This document shows, piece by piece, positions 54,008 through 62,670 of a stretch of DNA of 62,670 nt. A model generated the notes under the pieces. That model did not search any database, had not been told where the DNA came from, and saw nothing but the letters and a program-made list of their open reading frames with translations. Origin of the DNA: Macrostomum lignano (taxonomy: Eukaryota). Within the stretch, counting starts at the first letter, position 1. Every line of letters begins with the position of its first letter. A program made the translations under genes and the position numbers. Where the stretch lies: contig NIVC01000525.1 in assembly GCA_002269645.1 (NCBI GenBank), positions 382,851-445,520 of the forward strand, given 5' to 3'.

Positions 54008-54195
54008 TCCTTCGTTTCGCTTGCAAGGTTATCCATCTCAACTTGTCGCCTTAGAGTACAAGCACGCCTTGACAAGCGATTTTCAATGCCAAAGTGGTCC
54101 CATGGCCCGTTTAGGCAGTCAAACAGAAACCTGGAGTTTTTATACATTAGGCAACTTACACTGTTTGTAGTGGCTGAGACTCCGGCCGGTTTCAC
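54008..54195 (-). CDS. Pld: Probable phospholipase D exon 5 (loop region); 3' boundary uncertain
   Basis: Strong acceptor ctctctcgtttccag|GTG, phase 0 matching exon 4; open frame VKPAGVSATT...ETK; the best donor GA|gtaaag (phase 2) does not match an obvious exon 6 acceptor. Confidence 0.55.
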
Positions 54196-55292
54196 CTGGA
54201 AACGAGAGAGTTTGGAATATTTGTCTTAGTAATTATTGACTATAGTTACAGCCCTGTGAGTTCACTTTTAGTGCAAATAAAGGAAGACCTCTCTCAGGCA
54301 GAGGCTGTGCATTTAAAAGTACAAGCAGAACATGTAATATTTATGATTTTTATCAAAGAAGAAGACGTCTGCAAAAACATTGCTAAAGAAAAGCACAGGA
54401 TCTAGACATCTGGATACCACAGTAAGTTTAGAATATAGTCAAGTTCTCTACTACCCAGGGAAAAAAAACTGCAATAGAGTATGCAATGATTCTTATTGTG
54501 CGATAGCAGAAAGAATAAACCGTAAAAGAGTGAAACAAAAAAATTGAGGAAGGACAACTTTAAATTTCGTTGCAAAATGCACTGGGGAGAAAGGAAGTGC
54601 TCAGTTTTTTAGCACTAAATTCGCAATATTTCAGTTTCTTGACTTCCGAATTACAAATTGAGCCAGCATGTCTTTTATCCGAAGTGCGCTCACAAGTTTG
54701 TTGAGAAAAATAGAAAAAAGTGTTTTTTCAGCGGATTTCGAATCAAGGATCTGCTTGTTTTGCACTGCGCTAAATAGGCTTTCGCCGGTTCAGGAATAAG
54801 ACATCTTGATAAACTTATAAAGACACACACTTGCTTCATTTGTAATTTATAAGTCTACAAGGTGAGATATTGAGAATTTAAATGTAATGCATTTTTTCAG
54901 GAAAAACTTGCACGAGCGTCCTTCTACCAGTGCATGCAGTTGTCCGTGATAAACCGTAAGAAGAAACGCTTCAAATGAGTTGACTCATTTATTGGTTTAT
55001 TGATTATTGATTTATAATGTACTGTCGCGACCTTCCTATTCATTCTTTAGTTCATCGATCTTCACTTAATTGTCATTGTTGTCTCTCTCTCTGGTTCAGT
55101 CTTGTTATTTTTTCTCTCTCCTCGCTGCCTTCTGATTGGCTCTTCGATCTCGCCTCTTTCTTTCGTCGCGCACTCCACCCCCTCCTTGTCTTATCTGGCA
55201 CTCAACCCCCCTCCCCTAGTTTATTGACGTGAATATACCCGTTTCACGCCCAAGGACCACTAGCATATAAGAGGACGTAAAACTCACGATTC

Positions 55293-55718
55293 GTGGAAAA
55301 ATAGTTGAAGGCCGATTTTCGACGAAAAATGCATTAGCAAGATGGGAATTTTATACTTTTTAACCAAAAGCAACACCTTGACCATACTATATCGTTGCAA
55401 GACATCAAAATATTTGTTTCCATTGAACCTTGCCGACATTGTTTTATATTGCTTTCGTTGGAATTTAATGTTTGCTACGATTTATATACATTTTAACTAT
55501 ATAGCTATAGTATAGCTAGTCCTGTATGCCCTACTTGGGGCCTGTCAATCTATGCAAAATTTTTCTGTTGACTTTGAACACTCTAATTTTCTGAACCATG
55601 TGTTGAGCTGTTGATATAATATAATATCTCAGATTAAAAGTTAAAACATCATCTTCATACGTTCAACTTATCAAAATTTATAGGGAAAAGAAAAATCGGC
55701 CTTCAACTATTTTGCCAC
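55293..55718. mobile_element. MITE-like element with ~27-bp terminal inverted repeats
   Basis: GTGGAAAAATAGTTGAAGGCCGATTTT (55293-55319) versus AAAATCGGCCTTCAACTATTTTGCCAC (55692-55718), one mismatch; AT-rich non-coding interior; no clear TSD. Confidence 0.65.
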
Positions 55719-56153
55719 CATTTTAGAGTGTTGGTGTTGCTTTCAACTCAAATTAGAGCGAGTGTCTCTTGATTTGCTCTACACCAGTGTTTTCTCTGCA
55801 TTGTACATCTAATATATGTAGAACATATATCAGCTTAATCATGCCCCTCGGACCAATATTCTCGAACAATAAGCAGCTACCTGAACTGTAGCTCTAAAGC
55901 AGCCAGGGAGTGTCTTTTGTCAAACTAATAGTTGTCTCAAGTTTCCTAAACTAATAATTCACAATAGAAAGTCACGCTCTTGATGTAGACCTGCTATTGT
56001 TTGCAAGTTCAAGGGCTAGTAGTGAAAAGAAGCAAGCAGATGAATGAGAAAATGCCTAAATTGATTCAGCTGGCATAGGATAGCATAGTAAAGCGTGAGC
56101 ACACTGTATAGACAGAAAACTGAAAGAGAGACACGGGCTAAGCGCCAACTGAC

Positions 56154-56309
56154 TTGAATAGTGCCCTGCGGCGTGAAAGCATTAGACTCGTATAGTCTGG
56201 AAAAGTGCTGCAACTCCTGAAGCTTGTGCAGCCAAGCGGCTCGTCTCAAATCGGCTCTGCGCGACGAGTTCGGCGAGTGCAACGACTGCGAATTGGCGAA
56301 GTTGTCCAT
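56154..56309 (-). other. Candidate extra exon in PLD intron 4 (alternative first exon or cassette)
   Basis: ATG-initiated GC-rich 52-codon frame MDNFANSQ...PQGTIQ ending at donor CAA|gtcagt, phase 0, compatible with the 54195 acceptor. Confidence 0.45.
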
Positions 56310-56479
56310 TTTTTTGGGGTGGTGGTTGGCGTTGTTTCTCTTTTTAGAACGATTGTACGCAGGGAAATGTACGGTAGCTAGCCAAAAGATACAAAAGCAA
56401 AAGCTTTTGATTCGCTAACGTCAATTGGCCAGGCATTTACGCAGAATACACATTGAAATGGGAAACTATAGGCTAATGT

Positions 56480-56770
56480 TATTAAAAATAATAATGATGG
56501 ATTACACCTGCCCCAATTGGGCCAGATGCAGATATTGCGCGGCGCATCTGAAGGTTAGGTACGGCTGTTCAGTCCAAGGACTGGGGGTCGCCACACGCAC
56601 AACCCTCAATAACCCCAGCTAGCTACTGGCACCCATTTTATACAGCTGGGTGAACTGAAGCAATGCAGAGTTAAGTATCTTGCTCAAGGACATACATTGT
56701 TCTTCAAGTGGGATCGCGAATCGAACCCCCGAGTCGTGAGTCCGATGCTAACCACTGGGCTACAACTCCC
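56480..56770 (-). mobile_element. tRNA-derived CORE-like SINE, copy 2 (uninterrupted)
   Basis: Minus strand reads GGGAGTTGTAGCCCAGTGGTTAG...GGTTCGATTCG...GTCCTTGAGCAAGATACTTAACTCTGCATTGCTTCAGTTCACCCAGCTG...; colinear with both halves of copy 1. Confidence 0.85.
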
Positions 56771-57307
56771 TTATGGGCTAAATTTGCTATCGCTTATGCC
56801 AAAACTCACGAGGGCTATGAAATAAATGACTTTATCATAGGACAAGAGCTTATGTCATCAGCACTTCTGGGTGTTTGTGGCAGAGAGTTAGCCCAGTTCT
56901 ACAGAATCATATATAAGATGCTGCAGACTATCAGCCTGCCTTAATGTCATTAAACTCTTACACGACAAATTAGCACTTAGCATTGGGACTCCCATCATAT
57001 CAAATGCGCTTCAAGCTGTATTATAGAGCAGATCTGGGGCTGGTAGAGAAAATCCATAACTTTTTGGATCAACAGCATTAGTCGAAAAATTCGCAGAACT
57101 AGATTGGCATTGGTTCGTATTAAATATCTTTACACTAATCCTAGTGAGCTGTTTGATGCAACAGCTGACGATAATCCCTGTACGAGTGTACTATTAAAGT
57201 CTAATATAAGCTGATTAAATTTAATTATGCACAGTTTCTGGAATAATTTTGCTAAACTCCACTATGCTAAACAAGATTTAAATACGTACGCAATGCAGCA
57301 AACTTAC

Positions 57308-57583
57308 TGTTAGCACGGGAATGAGCGGCGGGTACTTGGTCCAGTCTGAGTCGCCCAAGTCCGTAATTCGATGCTGCTGAGTGTCCCAGCGCCCCCAGCA
57401 CAGGTCGATTCCGCCAACGAATGCCAGCTTCTGGTCGACCACTACTAGTTTTTCGTGATGCGCCCACAGGAACTCCCAGGAGGACAGGTGATTTGGATGA
57501 CGCAACACGTGAATGTTACACTTGTTTAGCGTGCGCAGCATCAGCTTCGTGTACCAGCTGTCAATCTTCAGCGTGTATTTCAC
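57308..57583 (-). CDS. Pld: Phospholipase D exon 4 (first HKD motif)
   Basis: Acceptor tttccatag|GTG, donor ACA|gtaagt, 276 nt; [30 protein letters not shown]. Confidence 0.95.
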
Positions 57584-57654
57584 CTATGGAAATTAAAGTC
57601 AAATTACGAGAAAGTAATTGCCTAGAGCATACAAAATTGATCTAAGTATAGGAA

Positions 57655-57800
57655 TCCCTCTGTATGAAACTCTTGTCACGAAGATGGAGCTGGGTAGGAC
57701 TCACTCTGTGGGGGACTCTCTGTCACCAAGATCGAGCTGGGTGGGACTCACTCTGTGGTGAACTCTCTGTCACCAAGATCGAGCTCACACTCTACAGGGA
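57655..57800. repeat. Short minisatellite, ~46-47-bp unit, about 3 copies, PLD intron 3
   Basis: CTCTGTCACCAAGATCGAGCTGGGTGGGACTCACTCTGTGG recurs. Confidence 0.75.
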
Positions 57801-57882
57801 GCTCTAGTTCAAACTTAGTGTCGGTTAACTCATGGAGATCAGCAACCCAAGCTATATAGTTTTGCATCGCCTCAACGCGCAC

Positions 57883-58357
57883 CTCCTTATAGATGAGTAT
57901 GAAGATCTGCACGCCGGCATCCGCTCGGCGCTGCAGCACATTCATCAGTCTGTAGTGCCCGTCATCGTCCGGCCTTTTTAGATGTACCTCTGGCGTTAGC
58001 CACCAATCGCAGATGAAGATCTCTTCGTTGGCTTGCTCCATGGCGTCGAAGATGTCAGCAAAGTAGGTGGCACCGTCCACGTACCATTTAGCTGGACAGT
58101 TGGCACGAGTGCCAGCAAAGCTGCCAAAATTGTGCTGGCCACCACCCTGAGACCGGCGACTTCGGTGCGTGACGATGAGCTCCAGCTGCTGGTCCTGGAG
58201 CTGCTGTTGCTGTTGCCGGTGCCGACGCTGCTGGCTCTGCTGCCTGGGAGTCGGATCAAGCAGTCTCTGATGCTGCGTAGACAGAAGCTCCTTAATGCGA
58301 GTCATCTCCGCAGCCAGCATCGGGTAGTCTCCGTAATCGCACTGAATGATCATCAAC
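57883..58357 (-). CDS. Pld: Phospholipase D exon 3 (end of PH domain, start of catalytic domain)
   Basis: Acceptor gattccacag|G, donor GAG|gtgcgc; AKWYVDGATYF...EEIFICDWWLTPEVHLKRP...GVQIFILIYKE. Confidence 0.93.
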
Positions 58358-58628
58358 CTGTGGAATCAGTCGGAAAAGGTGGATCTAAGTTTATATTCAA
58401 GTCTCTGAGATACGTAAATACGGATTTCGACGCGAATTCGTTTCTAGTATGTTTCTACCATATTGTATGTTTCTTCTATCCGTTTCTACTATATTTTCTA
58501 GCACTCGTTCCTAATGTCGACAGTGCTTTATTTGTAAAAAAAATAACTTTCCAGTGCGATCAATGACCGAATCGAACAACATATACGAGCTGTAGGCTCT
58601 TATCATAGCAAAACGTTTATTTGCTTAC

Positions 58629-58787
58629 ATGCTGGAATTTCTCAGCACAAAGCCAGATAAGTAGTTCCGCATAGACGGGTCCAAGCCGTTGATAATCAGG
58701 CAGGTAGAGTCCAACAGGAACACCTCTTTGACTTCGGACAGGTTGTCCTTCAGGAAGACGATGCAGCGCTCTTTGATTACCATCCAC
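58629..58787 (-). CDS. Pld: Phospholipase D exon 2 (PH domain)
   Basis: Acceptor ctctttttcag|G, donor AT|gtaagc, 159 nt, phase 2-2; WMVIKERCIVFL...EVFLLD. Confidence 0.88.
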
Positions 58788-58880
58788 CTGAAAAAGAGTG
58801 TGCAACAATGAATTGTCAACAAACATCAGAGATTGAAGAACTGTAGACAGTGCTATATGCCAGGATCAGCAATGGCTCAC

Positions 58881-59782
58881 ATTGTCTTTTTCCGCGCGAA
58901 CAGTCCAATGCAGGACTGGCAGCCGGTCAGCGGGGAGGCCGCATAACGCTGAATGTGAACGCTGACCTCCGCTTCGCCGCACTTGCCGCCGACTCCTCGA
59001 ACAAAGGAGAGTCGCGATACGCCAAGAAACTTCAGCAGGTTCAGAGTTCGCTCAAGGCTGTCCAGCTTATCTAGAATCTTTTTCAGCTGCTCCTCAAAGC
59101 GGGACCTTTTGAACTCTTCGTTGTCCAGCACCGCCGATACTGTTGAATCTCGCCGGTGCTGCTGTTGGCTGCTCGACTCGATCATCGAGGTCCCGTGCTC
59201 GCGCCTCGGCTTAGTGCCCATATGTGGGAGCAGGCCCGATGCCAGCAGCAAGGGGTAGAGCCGTCTCCAATGACTCCACTTCCGGGTGACTGTCCACGTG
59301 AAGATGCCGTGGCTGAAGGTGATTTCGAAGCTCAGGTCGAGGTTCAGCAGGCGCTGAATTCCACGTCGAAGTTGGCGCATTCGCTGCTTGCCGCCGGCCG
59401 ACCCGACGCCGCTCTGACCTTCGCGCACGCTGAAGGTCAACCGCTCGCCAGTGAGGAAAAGGCCGCTCTCCGGCAGACGGTAGCGACAAGAGAACGGCAT
59501 CCCTGTAGAGGGCATGTATGCCATGGCGGAGATGATGCGCAGCCCGCGCTCCATTTTTCCCAGAGCCACCAGCTTTTCAGCCTCTGCGGCAGATTCTGGA
59601 GACTCTTCCTGCAGTTGGTGCAGCTCAACGGACTCCTTGGCGATTAGAGAGTTCTGCGCCTCGTTCAGATTAAACAAGGACGCGCCCAGCATAGGATCGT
59701 CGCCTGAGTAGCAGCTTGTGATGCTGCCGCGATGACTGTAACAGCGAGAGTCCACGTAGGACACCGCTCCATCCGATGACAT
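58881..59782 (-). CDS. Pld: Phospholipase D exon 1 (N-terminus, PX-like domain)
   Basis: ORF with FEITFSHGIFTWTVTRKWSHWRRL and LLKFLGVSRLSFV (PLD1/2 PX and linker blocks); donor ACA AT|gtgagc. Confidence 0.88.
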
Positions 59783-62670
59783 GCTGGCTATGTTTTTTAA
59801 AGTCTGTAATGTTACTTCTGGATCGTCATTGCTGAAGAAGCAAGTAGATTTTTAAGTATTAAAAATTCTCAAATTCATTACGTAATACTAATACCATGTG
59901 CAATTTTGGTATTTCGCATCCAATTTTGAAGCTATTTTTATTAAGTCTTATAAAACATACTGAAAACGCTTGAAGTTAGTTAAACTTATTCTACTATAAA
60001 ATTATATTGCGTTGAATGATACTAATTCAAATATGACAGGAATCACATGAGAATTAATAAAGCTAAAATTCATATTATAGTAAACTAGAGCTTCTGCAGT
60101 AGGCATTAAATGTAAGAAAAAAAACTATAGCCTCAAACTACAATATTTGCTAGGAATGAGAAATTATTATCGTAGGTTGTTACTACTAAATTGCAACCAA
60201 ACGTTTGAGCATGTTGTAAATAGCCGTAAAGATGTACAAAAACCGAAAAAGAGTTTGTAAAGAATTCAAACTCTTTCTACATGTTTACTAACCAAATATA
60301 CGTTCGACTTTGCTTATAAGCCGGAAACAGTAGGAAGGTATAGGGTATAGACGAGTGCGTGAAAATTCAGGTGATTTGCAGTAATGCCAGCGGGCGATGT
60401 GTTCTAAAATTAAGCTAGAACGCAGAGTAAAAAATTGAATTAGAGCCAAAACTTTTTGCGCATTTCTAAAGACACGTAATAATTGTTGTTAGTATAGTCT
60501 TTTTTATGTTTAATAAAGAAAACTCTAGGTCATATGTTCTGATTTACGCGCATACTCACGTTATCTTCTTAAAAATTGCAAGTCATCTGTTAAAATGAAT
60601 AAAACTGTACTTTAAAATACGACTTTTGTCACGTTAGGTCTATGATTGCTGCAATATCTGCATGGCTAGTTAGTCCTATCGTATAGCTCAGCTCCTCGCC
60701 CACTAGGGGAGCCTTTTTAATGCAGTTAACAAAAATTAATTACTTCTTAACTGTCAAGTCAGCATAGGCTTAACGTCTTATCGACAGCTTGGCCTTATTC
60801 TGCATTAAATTGTAACCCAAAAACTAGAGCAGAGCAGTATGACTATGTTTGCATGCAAAATAACTGACTTGACTTAATTGCCTAATCTAGGCCTAGGCTT
60901 AGCCTACTATAGATAGACCCAAAATAATATGAATTAATTAAAGACCTTTCGCCCATATTAATTTTTGTATATCATTGATTAATGTGACAATATCAGGCCC
61001 CTATTAGTATTAGTAAATAAATATGACAATAGAAAAAGCAGACAAAATTCACATGTTTACAATTTCAGCATTATCCTAGTTTCCCACATAAAATTATTTT
61101 GAGTTAAAAATGGACTCAATAAGTTAAAACAAGTTAGTCCATAATCGATAGCACTCAATTGATAGTCTACTGAGCTCACTAAATGGCATAGGCCCTAGCA
61201 TAATAATGAGCAATCCAAAACTAGTTAGAAACTAAGAACTTTGCATTTGCATATGAATGCCATTGAAAGGACTTGGGCGCATGTCAAGGCAAAGTTCAAG
61301 AACATATATGGCACCAGTGATAACTTATTCAATTCACACTTGAATGAGACCTCTGGTATCACCTTTACCTAGAGAAATTCTTCGACCTTTGGCAACTTCT
61401 TGTTTTGGGTTGCCCATTATTATGTGATTTAGTAAGCTCAGCAGACTATTGATTACTATGGACTAGGCCTAACTTGTTTTAACTTATTGAGTCAATTTTT
61501 AACTCAAAATAATTTAATGCAAGAAACTAAGATAAGGCTGGCCTATGCCACAATTTCTGTCTTGATTGAGTTACAGAGTTGAGAATTTACATTTAGTTAG
61601 GAATAAGTCAATGAAGAATTGTGTCAAAATTGAAGTCAATCACTTTATGTAAAGCAAACTTATAATAGCCAAAGTTAGTCAGTTTTGAAACCCTTTTTTC
61701 TACATCTAGCCACATAAGGCCAGGGATTGAAAGAGAAAAAGATAAAGGTTAAAGTGGTTGCTATGCTAAAAAAAGCAGACTAACTTAAAGTGCACAATGC
61801 CATTCAAGACTGACTTTGAACCTCAAAATTTTAGGTAATTGTGTCAAAATATAAAAAAATTGATTGTGTCAAATTTAAAGAAGATTGGTAAAACTAAAGT
61901 AACACTAGGCCTATAGAGAATTTAGTGAAAAAATCACATGTTTAAGCAGTTTTTTTGCACTTTTTAGGTAAGAAGACTTAAATAGTCTTTAGAGTCAAGT
62001 GCAAATTTGCACCTGGCATAAATTTGATTGTCATAGGCGCAAAAGCACAAATTCTAAAGATATGGTGCAAATTTCTTTGCTTATCAAAGGTGCAAATTTG
62101 GAAGTATAATACCTCTTTGCCTATATAGACAATATGTTTTTTTGCCTGGTTCTACCTAATTATAAGTTTTGCATTGCACTCTCTAATATAGTGGATCTTA
62201 AATCTTTGTATTTATAGTATTTCTTAGTTTCCTAGTCATGATCTACAAGTGAATTGCAGCCAAATTTGCATTGATTTTTGCTAATTCAATTAACTTGTTA
62301 AAAGTATATATACTGGCTATACACCTAAGCAGTAGCAAATGCAGAGGAGGGGGCTTTGCTGGCTAGAGCCCCCCATTCACCCTAGAAAAGCTGTTTTTGT
62401 AGGTGCACAAACCCCTAAAAGGTAATTAAAAATGTCTATATTGGTTGAGTGGTTTTGAAGTCTATAACCATAGCAAATAAAATTGTAAACAAATACAAAG
62501 ACAGAGTTTTGATTTTTATAGTTAGAGATTAGGTCTAGCTATTTTTTTTTCAATATTTCTAAAATAGGCCTATTAAAAATTTTGGCCTAGTCTAAGGCCT
62601 AATACTATGTTTTATACTAATTAAGACAATTGAAAATAATATTATCTTGCAAATTTAAAGTTGGGCCCTA

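Overview
Eukaryotic (animal) genomic DNA. GC-rich exons sit in AT-rich introns, and about 35 different micro/minisatellite arrays cover roughly 40% of the window by my boundary estimates. This organisation resembles the flatworm Macrostomum, which is an inference and not verified. Three spliced genes were rebuilt by hand from GT-AG sites with consistent intron phases: (1) a 5-exon RFamide-type (SIFamide/NPFF-receptor-like) class A GPCR, minus strand, 30019-10837; (2) a 3-exon WS/DGAT-family acyltransferase-like gene, plus strand, 34319-41228, whose HHxxxDG motif reads HPSFADG; (3) a PX-PH-HKD-HKD phospholipase D, minus strand, 59782-44842, with about 8 exons and one unresolved junction. There are also a single-exon GPI-anchored Ly6/three-finger-like ORF (3344-4084) and an unidentified 124-aa ORF (7576-7950). 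Mobile DNA comprises two copies of a tRNA-headed CORE-like SINE (one split by a 5'-truncated RTE-type LINE with a 10-bp TSD), a MITE-like element and a short dispersed repeat. Most long ORFs in the supplied track are repeat artefacts. The most notable unexplained patterns are that distinct minisatellites start within about 10-110 bp of most exon edges, that four distant arrays share one 20-bp core, and that one array appears to have arisen at a LINE truncation point. I found no CRISPR array, rRNA or true tRNA gene, and no clearly new multi-gene system.
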